Below are positions 48,417 through 60,400 of a stretch of DNA of 64,000 nucleotides, one piece after another. The notes beneath the pieces were generated by a model. It searched no databases, was not told the DNA's origin, and saw nothing but the letters and a program-made list of their open reading frames with translations. Where the stretch lies: assembly GCA_905178155.1 (NCBI GenBank), contig CAJINV010000002.1:10210146-10274145 (forward strand), given 5' to 3'. The translations under genes were made by a program, and so were the position numbers. Positions within the stretch are counted from its first letter, which is position 1. The number at the start of each line of letters is the position of its first letter. The DNA is from Amoebophrya sp. A120 (taxonomy: Eukaryota > Protista > Dinoflagellata).

Positions 48417-49124
48417 CTACGCTCTGTGTCGAACGGCGGTGAGCGGCGATGACCCTCTTCCGTCGCTAGCCGCCATCAGGTTCCCATCCAGAATATCCGC
48501 CGCCTCCTCAGACAGCAGCGATCCCCCCGAGGCTGCGTGCCTCTGCAGGTGGGGCCCGGCCTCGTTTTCATCGTCGGGGCGCCGCCGGAAAAGGGCGGCG
48601 AAGTTCTCCAGATACACGCGTCCTATGCCACGCGGATCGGCGATGTTCATCAGGGACTCCATCTCGCGCCGCGAAATCTTCTCGCCCATGCTCTTCGGCT
48701 GCAACAGTTCCCGGACCCGCTCGGTGAGCAGAAATTTTTGGGACAGCGGCAGTTCCCGCTGGGATTCCGGGCAAAGCAATTCAAACGTGTCCAGCATCTC
48801 GTTGTCCTCGTCTTTAGGACCGTGCTGCCGACGCATAATCATGGACAGAAACTCCGCAAATCCGATGCCGACTTCCCCGGTGCCGAAGGAGGGATCTTCG
48901 CGGAGCTTGCGCATCTCCCCCTCCGAGGTTCGGTCCCCGACCTCCTTGATCACCGTGTCCACGTCCGATTTGTGGATGACACCGTCCCCATCGCGGTCGA
49001 AAAATGAGAAAGCCTCCTTGTAGTCGGCTATTTGCTCCTCTGTGAGCTCCCCTTCTATCTTCTTGGACCCAACGCGACGCAGGGTTCGCGCCTCATCTTG
49101 CACATACCGCTGTCGGGCCTCCAT
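48417..49124 (-). CDS. Calmodulin-like EF-hand protein
   Basis: LTEEQIADYKEAFSFFDRDGDGVI, IGFAEFLSMIMRR, MGEKISRREMESLMNIADPRGIGRV. Confidence 0.85.
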   Translation of the reverse strand: MEARQRYVQDEARTLRRVGSKKIEGELTEEQIADYKEAFSFFDRDGDGVIHKSDVDTVIKEVGDRTSEGEMRKLREDPSFGTGEVGIGFAEFLSMIMRRQHGPKDEDNEMLDTFELLCPESQRELPLSQKFLLTERVRELLQPKSMGEKISRREMESLMNIADPRGIGRVYLENFAALFRRRPDDENEAGPHLQRHAASGGSLLSEEAADILDGNLMAASDGRGSSPLTAVRHRA

Positions 49125-50388
49125 TTGATATAATTTTCTGTGCGTGCAGCTCCTGTGCGCTATGTATGTACCTCTGTTGCTGGATCGATCTCCTCAACGA
49201 AATTAATATTCACGAGTGCAATCGCTGCAAACTATTAATTCATATCAGAAACTTTGACACCTTGACCTTGTACGCATTCGAGATACAACAAGGCAACAAG
49301 AATTACAAAAAGAGGGGGCCACGGGGTATGAATAGATACACTTGTCGTGTCGAGTCCTGACTCAAATGTACGATATTCATTGAAGAGGTAGTCTCTTTGC
49401 CTGAACTTGGACACGAGGGAAGAAATGACTCAAGGTCAAGCGCACTACATGTACGACCACGATATCACGAACGAGGACGACGACAGATGCTGTACTCGTC
49501 TTTGAGTACTTTTTCTTTCAAATGTTTTTTACCACGAGCCTTTGCACAACGAACTTGCTTCACAAAGTTGAAGAGATGTATCTTTGGTCCAGCGCGCACG
49601 AATACACGAAGAAACGATGAAAATTTTTCACGTACCATAATATCCAAACCGATATAGTGTCAGTCAGTTGAGATTCAAAACTTACTTTTCTTTCCATTGC
49701 ATCATGAAAACCGACAACACAAATGCAGTTTCTTTTTCTTCTTCTGGCAGACGTGTTCTGCTCCGTCCTCTTGAAGCAAGACGTTGTTGATGAGGTCTTC
49801 CAGCACCAGCTGGAGGTTCCTTTTTACACTACGAAACAGAGACAGTTAAGACTGACGCTAGGCCTATGCATCACGAAAGACGCGAAAGACGGAACGTGGT
49901 GCAGTCCAGCGCACACATTTGAGTGTTACGGTCGGCGAAAACGACGAATCACGGTGGGTATTGGTTCACGGACGGAAACCCCGGCCACGTTTCCAACTAA
50001 GTCTTGTCCCTGCAGTAGAAAATCTGTCTTCACAAGTCGTCATCCATATCGTCCAGGTCAATGTCCAAATTGCTCCCTATGCTGATGAAAAAATCTAGCG
50101 GAAGTAAGTAGCCCCCTGCATGCTGGTCGCGGAATGCCTAGTACGCCTGTTGTAAACTGTTTCTTGTTACTTAATATCGTCAAACAGAGCAGAGAGGCAA
50201 ACCCGATAATGTTCCAAAGTAAGCGTCTGCGTCACCACCACCAGGCTGCACTTTCCAATGCAGAAACATTCGTTGATGAAGATCATGCCTTCTATACTTC
50301 AACAACAAGAAGACACTGGCTCCAGCAATCAGTTTCAATGCAATTAAACACATGCAACAGTACGTAGCAGGAGAGGACTTCTACGACT

Positions 50389-50847
50389 CTATTCATCATA
50401 TTTCATTTTTGTACTAGAAGGATCCTGCAGACTATCCTCGTCTTCGTCTAAGTCGTCGTCGTCTTCCTCCAAGTCATCTGCTGTTGCGGCGCCGGCCGCT
50501 TTGGCCCTCGCTGCCCGCGCTTTCGCCTTCGCTGCCGCCACGGCGCTGCGTCGTTTGGCCAGCTCCACCTGCCGCTTGTCGAGCCCGTACTTTTGTTTCT
50601 GTTGCCGCAACTTCGCCGCCTCGCGGTTTTTCCGGATCCTTTCGCGGTTCTCGTGCTCTTCCTTCTTCTTCGCCCGGGCCGCTTTTCGCTCCTCCGGGGT
50701 CATCTCGGACCACGGTTTCTCGGAGTCGGCCGCAGAGACAAATAAAACCGCAGCGTCCTGCCTTGTACTGTCCAGCTGGTGCCGCGCCCCGCCTAGCAAC
50801 GCAGCAGCGTTGAGAAGGAAAGAGAAAGGCTTGCTGAGCGCCGCCAT
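50389..50847 (-). CDS. Hypothetical protein with signal-peptide-like N-terminus and a charged helix; may have further 3' exons
   Basis: 152-aa ORF with a basic helix followed by an acidic tract. Confidence 0.55.
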   Translation of the reverse strand: MAALSKPFSFLLNAAALLGGARHQLDSTRQDAAVLFVSAADSEKPWSEMTPEERKAARAKKKEEHENRERIRKNREAAKLRQQKQKYGLDKRQVELAKRRSAVAAAKAKARAARAKAAGAATADDLEEDDDDLDEDEDSLQDPSSTKMKYDE

Positions 50848-51678
50848 TTACGACTTGTGTGCGAGTGCTGGTTGTTCCACCTCGCTTTCGTCCTACGTAC
50901 TCGAAGGAAGCGCTGGTCTAGCAGAAAGTAGTTACTAAGTTATGTAGGTAAGGCAACGAATAAAAAACGGATGGGGCCGAGAAGTGCTGTGCTCGTGTTA
51001 CTTATTTGGCACGGCACGTCAACTCGTTGGAGGGTGTAAGTAGGGAGACTTCTTGGTTGATGGAATTTCAAGAATTATCGTAGAGATTCCTTTTTGTTGC
51101 AATATGCTCAACCTATCAACTTCTACTTAGATGCGCGACCTAATCACGCAGGACAGCGAAAAGATGAAACATGAGACGGACGAAAACGGCAAAGGGTGAG
51201 AGTACTAGTAGTCATTCGAATTCGTGTATACAACGCATAATCCCAACGAAAAGTAGAAACGACTTCCCTCTTCAGAAAACCGACAAATGCCTGCCTCTGT
51301 GCAAGAAGATGACAAGAAGGAACGACACATAAAAAGGGGACGGTTGAGGGGACAAACCGTGGCAGAAAACGTAATTTTCTGATTGGCACGTGGCTCAAAA
51401 GCAAGTTCTGCAGATGTGCATACTTCTCGTTCTCAAGTCTGGATATTAATATGATCAAGCGACTCACTCACTCACGAGATAGAGATAGCGCAACAACATA
51501 ATTAAATCACGTCAAAAACACCTGTCGCCGTCTCCAGCAGTGTAGACGACACGAGGGAGGGAAAGGGATTGAGCCTGAGGGCTTCCACCGGCATTGTCGT
51601 GTTTTTCTTTTCTTCTGGTCGTGCATGACTCTTTGCATAAGTGGGCAAAGCCGTGGTGCGGCCACTTGTGCCAGTGCT

Positions 51679-53189
51679 TCACGTCGAGCCAGAGGAACGC
51701 AGACAGCTCCCGCAGAGCATTTTTATGCCTGAATAGACCATGGAAAAAATGAGGTTCAGAAACCGCGTGCCGCCGGGTACGTAGGACAGCAGAATGTAGG
51801 CTAAGGAGACGAGCTCGCCGACCACACAGAACAGTGTGAGAAAGTACGACTTCAGGACCAGCGAAGCATACAGTACGCCGAGGAAGCTCAGGCAGTAACC
51901 AACCGCGAAAGCGGCGCGCTCCGACGCAAACGCGAAGGACAGAAAGGCGCTCTGTTTTGATAATTTTAATTTGAATTAGGTGGCGCTGCATTCGTTCTAC
52001 CTTCACACCAGCCAGTATTCGTTCTTCAAACTACTAACAGTAAATACGCATAGCGTGAAACAAGAACTACTCGCGAGAGCTAAGCCTTAGCGCTAGCATA
52101 ATTCAAACGAGTGCATCACGTGAACCGGCCCAAGACGAAGTAGTACTTACCATTCCCCGCAGCGAGACGTTCGCACTGACGATGCTGAGCGAGCCCATGG
52201 AGAAGAGAAGCGCAAATTTTTGCGGCGCTAGGACCACCACAGGCAGAAACATCATGGACATGCCGACCATTTATCAAATGTAAAAATGTCTGGGTCTGGA
52301 AGATTGCCAGGTTTGTCATGCTCTTTTTGGATTCTAAAAAAATCTGCATTGCATGAGCAGCAAAGAGAGTCCAAGTTTTGCTACACGGAAAGAGCATTTG
52401 TCATGCGATATAGGCATCAGGAAGCCCTCACAAAATCTGTGATGCTAGGGCATGCATCACAGACATCAGGAGTCATGCAAAATGTGCATGACAAACCTGG
52501 CAATCTTCCAGACCCAGACATTTTTACATTTGATACCATTATCATTCCGACCACCAGCAATATCGCAAACCACTGCATGCGCTCAGCGCTGGGTGGAGCA
52601 ACAGATTCGACGGAAGTCCTTATGCTGGAGCCAGTGGATTCGAGCGCACCTGAAGATTTGTAGTTGGCGAAGTTCACTCTGATGAAGTGTAGCCGTCGTC
52701 GTGCGTTAACAATTACGCTATCAATCTCTGTGGTGCGATGCACCGCAGTATTCCTCCATCACAGAAGGCTGTAGAAGCAGTTCTTATTCACAACATCGCA
52801 AGCGCAGAATGAGGGGACGAATACGAATCACAATCGAACTAGAAGAGGCTGCAGCCCCGCCGTCCTGCGTTCGAGACAGCGGGAGTATGATGCAGCACTA
52901 GCTCTGTTAACTGAGTAAGGAAGTAGGTACCCGCAACGCGATCCACTGGCGCATACTCCCGGGCGGACTGTGCCGTGGTTGATATTTTTTCCTTGAACGA
53001 CCCGGCTACACTGCCAAAAAACCTTCCCGCTTGTTGTGCGGCCTGCTGCGCCTTCTGTGCAGCATTTTGTGGTTGCGAACTCGAGGATTGCGAGGTGCCA
53101 GACTCCAGATCTACAAAGTCTTGCGTTCCGCCGAACACGCCCCATTGCTTCTGCTTATGCTGCTGCGAAAACGCTGATAAAGCGGACAT
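51679..53189 (-). CDS. SFT2: SFT2/Got1-family vesicle transport membrane protein; multi-exon
   Basis: After element removal: ERMQWFAILLVVGMIMVGMSMMFLPVVVLAPQKFALLFSMGSL...LRG; last exon ...LKSYFLTL...YILLSYVPGG. Confidence 0.85.
52272..52535. mobile_element. Family A introner-like element, 264 bp, perfect 50-bp TIRs, TSD CCATT
   Basis: TATCAAATGTAAAAATGTCTGGGTCTGGAAGATTGCCAGGTTTGTCATGC at both ends. Confidence 0.96.
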
Positions 53190-54470
53190 ACTTCGACGTC
53201 TTCGTGCGAAATGCTGCTGCTTGCGACAACAAAATGTATGATGCTGCCGGTGCCTTTGTCACCTCGAATCGTTCTCCTCCGCGAAGCGAAACGAAAGCAG
53301 GCACTTGCTGAACTATGCACTACGATAATCACAACGTTCCCAAGAACTTCTATGTTCCGCTGAGACAAACATGCATGTGCCTGTCCTAATCGAGACAACT
53401 ACGTCACCCTGCTAACGTAACGCTAAATAAGCACCTCCACGAGGTTACTTTAGCTGTTTAGAAACGACAAAAGAAAGGAAGGGCTTTCAACAACGGATGG
53501 ACGAAAAAGACTCCCGGAGGGCTTCGTGTCTGTGATCTACCTCGCACTTTCACAGTGTAGAAGTATGCGCTGCACACTTAGAAGAATTATGGGAACCTGA
53601 CATCTATCACGAAAAGGCGCAAAGGCTTTTCGTCACGAGGAGGCTGATCAATCATGGCGAACGTCATGGTCACGACGATCATCCATGTCGAAAATTATGT
53701 AAAATACCACATGTAAACACAATCCGCCGCCTTCAGTTGACCGACACGACCGCGTACCTGCACCAATGCGGCCGCGAAACGGCCACCAGATAATTTCTGC
53801 TGAAACTACTTCTAGGGCCATTATTTTTTAACTCCCCGCCAACTAGTGGCTGCATTCTGAAGAAGATTCTTTTGGTTTTACTCCGCTCCCGTTTCTTGTC
53901 ATCATACTGTCGCTCCTCCACGTTGATCTTCATCGTCGTTTTCGGTTCATTATATACGTTTACTACGAAAAAATTTGCATAAAAACCATTTTGCACTAAA
54001 TTGAAAGTTCAAGCAGCGCACTTAGAAGTTGCATCGACGTTGAAACAATCTGACTGCACCTAATGGTAGCGATAGATAAAAACGAAACGAAACTTCTGAT
54101 CAGGACAACGCCGGAAACTGCGTTCTATCATTGTCAAACGGACTAGCTACTGTACTGCTCATCTTGCTAAAAAACTGCATTGGGATAGAATTCTGATTCA
54201 CCGTCAGGAAGTAAGCCGGGCACCCAAAAATGCATAGGATGCATTCGGGGACATAATAAACATGCTGGGGCGGTCATCGCGATCATGATGACCGTCCTAC
54301 CTTGTACATACTTCAAACTAACTATGGCATAGGCAGAGCAAGTGCTTCTAGAACTTACGTTTATTTAATCATGGAGTGTTGAAATTGATGCAAATGGAAA
54401 AATGACGAAACCTGCTTGTACTTCGGTCCTTCTACTATTGCTACTTTTTACAAAAAAATGTCATTTTCTA

Positions 54471-57400
54471 TCACCGGTCCCCTCGTGCGGACCAAGCGCG
54501 ATGCTTCATCGCTTTGGCCTCATTGGCGAGGCCTTGCATCCACGAGACGTGCTGGCCGAGCTTATCCTTGAACAGTTGCCGGCTGTCTCGCCAGTGTTCG
54601 ATGGATTTACGGTCTCGGGGACTCATGCTTCCGACTGGATGCATGTGGTGCTGGTACGAAGTCCCAATACCTGACAACGTCGCAGAAGATGCACCGGCCA
54701 AAGCCGATTGGGTTGTTGCGCCCGCATGCGGGCCTCCTGCAAAGCCTGACATATTACCGGTCAGGGAATCCTTAAACCATACCGGCGGCTCCCGCTCGCG
54801 CTCGGAAGCTGTCGTGAAAGGAGATATGATCCTAATCATTCCCATTCGTAGTAAAACTGTGCTGCATGACTAGCGACGCAGCGCGTCCATTCTCTCCTAC
54901 GCGGGCTTTTCAATTTAGTTTTACGTGCGAAGCGAAGCGCATTTTGCTTCAGCCTCCTGTCATATTCCAAAAATAACTGCAAAAGCGAATACCGGCACTC
55001 CGCATGGACTCCTTGAGCCTGTTTTCTGCGACGCGAATTTCGTGCCTCTCGGTCTTGGCAAGGAGCTCGGAGTGATGGGCGGAATTATCCCAGCGGCTCC
55101 CGGGTGCTGCGAAATTCTCGTACTCTAGCTTTTGTTCCAGGGCGTGCCGCAATGCCGTCGCTCGTTCGTACGATCGTGCGGTCGCGAAGCTCTTCGTGCG
55201 AAACGAAGAATTTGACGTTTTGTTGTTGCTGTTCCGGTCTAGTACTCTTCGAGCACTTCTAGCTTCCACCCCGGCCGTCGCCGCTCCGCCCCGTCCATTG
55301 GACGACGACGAAGTTCCGCCCTCTCTACTTGGCGGCTCGAAGGTCTTCATTTTCTTGCCGTTACTGGTGCGAGTAGATGAACTAGGCGCTTGGGCGTAGA
55401 ATTTCTCTGTCAGGTCAATCTCAAACTCCGACTCTCCTGGTTCCTGGACCGTTTCGTCTTCCAGCACGGGCAACTGAATTAAGTCTTGGTCGACCGTTAT
55501 CTCTTCCGCGTCGGCCGTTGCTATCTCGGAGATGGAGGTCGCATAATTCTCCTGCTCGATAACTTTATTGCTGTAGTTTAGCAACATCCCACCTTGGTCA
55601 AAGTCGAACTGTGCGCCTGGAGCAGGTCTTCTTGCCAAATTTGCGTCGTCTCGGTAGTGGTGGTTATTTGTCAGTTTCTGCACCTCAGAAAGTACCTGCT
55701 GCCTCTGTTGCTCATACCGCTTCTCCTGCTCCCGGGTTTGCTTCAAATTCGAATTCAGTTCCTGATTCCTCTCGTTCCAGATTTGTTTCTGCGTTTGCAG
55801 CTTCTGCATCCGCTCCTCCTTGTCCTCGCGGGTGGCTTGCAAAACTTTAACTTCCTCCGAGGTCTTTTGTTGCTGGTCCTTTTCTCCTGGTCCGTTCAGC
55901 GCGCTCCAGTTCCTTCGCCATTCGTCCCGCTCTCGTTCCAGTTCCTGCTTGGTTTGCTTCAGCTTTTGCTTTTCCTTCGCGACCGCGTGGAGCTTGTTCT
56001 GCAGAAGCGCCATTCTGTCGGTCAGGGACTTCTTCAGCACAGCCGTAGTTTGGAGAGTTTTTTTCTGTTGCTGGAAGTTGTTCTTCTTCGTCGTTGTTAC
56101 GTCACCCTGATGCTCTTCGCTGTGCAATAACGGTCTACTGCGACTGCTGGACGATTGGAAATGCGTCGTAAACACCTCTTCCTTGGCACCAGCACGACCA
56201 AGCGCACCACTGCTCTGGCTGCGCGGACTCAGAAAGTTGTCGGGGTCCGTGATTACGTTGCCCGCCGCGATCGCGTGGTCTCCTGACACGACCATCGCGG
56301 AGGACGCGACAAGCCCAGCGGTAGAAGATGACACGCCGTCTAGTCTTCGGAAATCCTTCTCGATCTCGGTCAGTTTCGCGATTTCGAGCTTCAGCTCCCG
56401 GATTTGCTTCTCCTTGTCCCGGACCTTGTCTGCGAGAAGCTGTTCCAGTCGCCGCACTTCGTCCGCCTTCTCCTCGAAGGCCTCTTCCAACACCTTCTTT
56501 TCGGTTTGCAGTGCCACCTTCTCCGTTTGGAACTTTTGCTGCTGCTGCTCCAGTAGCTTCTCCCGCTGCTTCTCGGATTGTTTCACTTGACTTTCGCTCG
56601 CCTGTTTCGCAGTTGCCAGATCGTGCTCGAGCTGCAAAATTTTCGAGTTCTTCTCCTTGTTCTGCTCGTACAACACGTCGACTTCGGACTGCAACGTCTC
56701 GACTTCCGTCTCTAAGTGCTGTTTCTTCATCTTCAGCGTAATCACCTCGGCAGATGTTGAGGTGGACGAGGACCCATCGGCTCCTCCAAGCTCGTCCCCG
56801 TTAGCTGCTGCACGCGAACCCGCAAGACCAGATGCATTTTCCTTCCTATCACTCGCGCTAGTCGTGCCCGGGGGAACCCCTGCCATGGCTGCCAGCTCTT
56901 GTCTCCGCCGGTCTTTCTCCAGGTGAATCTTGCGCAACCGCTCGTGCGCCTCTTCCAGTTCCGCGACCTGCGACCGCCACTTCTGCTCGTTCTGCTGCAC
57001 GCACCGCTTCAAATCCAGCCGCGCCTCCTCGCGTACGCTGTTCAACTCCTCCTCGTGCTCGGCGGTCAACCGGCGGAGTTTGGACAGATGCTTCGTCTCC
57101 TCGATGTTGAATTTTGATTGCGCTTCCGCCCTCGTTTCTTCCAAATCAATGACGGACTTCGTGCTCTGTTCCTTCAGGACTGCATTACTCGCTTCAAGCT
57201 TCTTCACCTTCCGCTGCAAGTCCGCACGTTTGTGGAACTGCAAAACTTCTACTCCCCCCTCCTATCAGTACATTTGGCTGGTGTAGTCCGCAGCAACAGA
57301 AGTGCCGGCGGTTCGCAGAGGATTCTGGTCGTGCTGTTCCTGTTTCTTCTTTTTCCAGAATTGTTGGCATGCAAGCACTGTCAACAGGCAAAGAATGCAC

Positions 57401-60400
57401 TTTGTGTTTGTAATTGTATCCTACAGTTACTACATGACAAATGAGGGGGAGAGACACGAGCCGTGCAGTTTCATAGCGCTCCTCCAGTGTTTTAAACAGT
57501 TGCTCGTCCTTCACGTCAAATTGCGCCTTCACGTCGAGCAGTTTCTTGTCCACATCGAGCTTCTCGGTTTTCAGCGTCTGATACTTGTCGATCTGCTGCT
57601 GCAGCAGGGTCTCCGCACTTAGTCGGGAAGTTGATGCTTTCTCGTGGCCAGCAGCTCCGTTGGTGTTCTCATCTCTACTCGGCGCCTTTGCTTTCAGTGC
57701 AGCCACCTCATCCCTCAGCTCGTCCGCCTCGTCTGCGGTCTTCTGAAGGAGTACGACCTGTTTCTGCAAATCCGCAATCTCTCTCTCCAACTTTTCCGTT
57801 GCGGTTTTCTTTTCGGCCTCCGCCTGCTTCAACCTCTCTGCCATCAAGTCGCGCACTTCAACATCTTGTGGTATTTGTATGTGTGCCTTTTTGCCACCTT
57901 CTGCGTCCTTCAGTTTTGACTTCATCTCCACCACCAACAGTTCGGATTTCCCGAGTTGGTCCTTCAGGGACAAGACGTGCTGTTCCAAAGACTCGCGTTC
58001 TTCGTTTAGCTGCAACTGCAGGGCTTGCTTCTGCATTTGGAGCTCCACCTGCATCAACTGCAGCTTCTGCTCCAGCTCGGCTTCCTTTCGCTGCAACTTT
58101 TCCTCATGCTGGGCCTTGCTTTTCTGCAGCAGATTCTCCAGGATCTTTACGTCCGCTCTCGTCTCTTCGTCTACTACGTCCGTGCTTGTTGTTCCTGTCT
58201 TCTTCGCCTGTTGTACTAGCTGGTCTGTCTCGGACGTTGAAGAAGGCTCCTGGGATTCGAATTTCACAGGAGGCGACGACGTGTTGGTCGCTGCGTTCGC
58301 TTTCTGCTTTTGGTTATCGCCTTCCGTCTCGGTTCCGGTTGCGGCGTCGGACGTAGAAAACGCGTCTTCCTTTGCGTCCTCTCCATCCGCCAATGTGCCG
58401 ACGTCCTTCAACTGCCTGCCGTTCTTCCACCGCCGGGGCGAACTCTCCTCGGACTTTTTCGGAGTCATTTGCTTCTGCAGCTTCGCCTCCCTGGCGATGG
58501 CCGTCTGGATGCTTGCGAGCTCCGTCTTCGTAGTTGCCAGTTCCCTCTCTAGACCTTCCTTCGAAGCTTGCATCTTTTCGAACTGCAGACCGGATTCGGT
58601 AATCTTCACCGTGGCCGTCACCAGCTGCTGCTGCGACTCTTGCTATGCATTGCAAATATGTCTGGGTCTGGAAGGATGCAATTTGTGATGCTGCCTCTGA
58701 ATTCTACAAAAATCTGTATTGCATGAACAGGAAAAGAGGTCCAGTTTTTGCCAGGGGGAGAGGGCATTTCTCATGCGATATAGGCATCAGGAAGCCCTCA
58801 CAAAATCTGTGATGCTAGGGCATACATCACAGACATCAGGAGTCATGCAAAATGTGCATGACAGACCTTGCATCCTTTCAGACCCAGACATTTTTACGGT
58901 TGATACTTGCAGTTGCTGCACGAAATTCAGTCGCTGCTTCTCCACCTCCTGGTTGATGCTCAAAATTTCGTTGTGCAACTGTTCATTCTCTCTTTCGAGC
59001 TCGCGCACCTTGCTGCTCGTGGAAGGCGAGAGCGTATCGGCTTTCGTCGCTTGAGGTGGGCTTCGCGCTAGGATGTCCCTTGGAATGGCCTTGAAAAACT
59101 GTGGACCCGCACTCTCCTGTTGAATCGCGGGAGGTTCGTCTGCTGGCAGTTGCTCTTCGGTGGTCGAAGGGTGGTCAGCATTGCGACGTGAGGTTTGCGC
59201 AGCTGTATCAGACACTTCTGCCTCCACCTGTCGCTCTCTACTTCGCTTCATCAGCTGTTCGCGTTGCTCTTTGACCCGCTGTTTCAAAAAGTCCAGTTCG
59301 GCGTCTTTCGCTTCGATTTCGTTCTCAAACTCGACCTGCTTCAGGTCTAACTCGCGCGTTTTGCTCTGTATCTCCCGGTCGTAATTCAGCAGCTCCTGCG
59401 TTTTCAAATTCAGCTCAAATGCGTGCTTCTCCTTACTCTGCTCTGCAGACTTTTCGTACTCCGAAAGCCGGGCTTCGTAGTCCGTGGCGAGCGCCTTTGC
59501 CTCTTCCTCCTTGGTCCGCTTTTCCTCCGTCAATTTCACCCGCAGTTCGTTTAGTTCCTCTCTCAGCTTTTGCTTCTCCACCCGTAACTCCATGACCTCG
59601 GATCGGTCAATCTCCTGCTCGCCCTCGAAAAACTTTATGCCCGCGGATTTATCCGAGACGGCATACGTTCCGTCGTCTGACGCGTTGGGCTCGGGGCTGC
59701 TGAGCATCGGGAGAACCCCCGGTTGGTGATGCGACTGCTGCGACGAGGGATTTTCGTTTTCTTGATGCCCCTTCGAGGAAAGATTGGACTGCTGGTCGTT
59801 GAATATCGTGTCGTTCGAGGATTTTTTGGTGCTCTCTCGGTCTACCTCCACTTGATGCCGGCGCGAAAGTGATGAAACCCCGGCGTCCTGCGGCCTTCGT
59901 TGTTCGTCCTCGGGGGTGGATGAAGGCGAGGCTTCGGCTTCGGTCCTTTTGTTCATCGCAGCCCTCTCCGCGAGAAGCTCCTCGCGCTCGGCCAAGATTT
60001 TTTTCTCCGCCTCAATGGCCCTGGTTTCCGCTTGGAACAGCCGGGACTCGATTTCCTGGATCCGGTCGTTTTTCTGCTCTTCAATCTCCTGTTTTCTGGC
60101 CTTTTCAATTTGTAGCAGACTCTCCATCGCATTCTGCTTGTTCTGCAACTCCTGCTTTTGCAACTCCAGAAGCTCGACTTTCTGCTGCGCTTCCCGCACT
60201 TCTGCGTCGGCGTTCCGTTTTGTTGTACTTGCGGGCCCATTTTGTAGTTGTAGTTCCGCGTCTTGTTCTTTGGTTTTCGCAGATAGCTTTTCGTTTTCCT
60301 TTTCAAACTTCGTGTTTTCGAGCTGCAGTGCGTCCACGAGCGCCCGCAACCGGTCCACCTCATCGCGGTTTTGTTCCTTCATTTCCAGAATGACCTCCGA

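Noticed and set aside
29770-58905. Dispersed 31-bp repeats read as a CRISPR array, or recurring peptides (LPDPDIFTFD, KCKNVWVWK, NVKMSGSGR) read as a protein motif
   Set aside because: They are inverted pairs bounding ~260-bp elements with TSDs in a eukaryotic genome; the peptides are translations of the TIR
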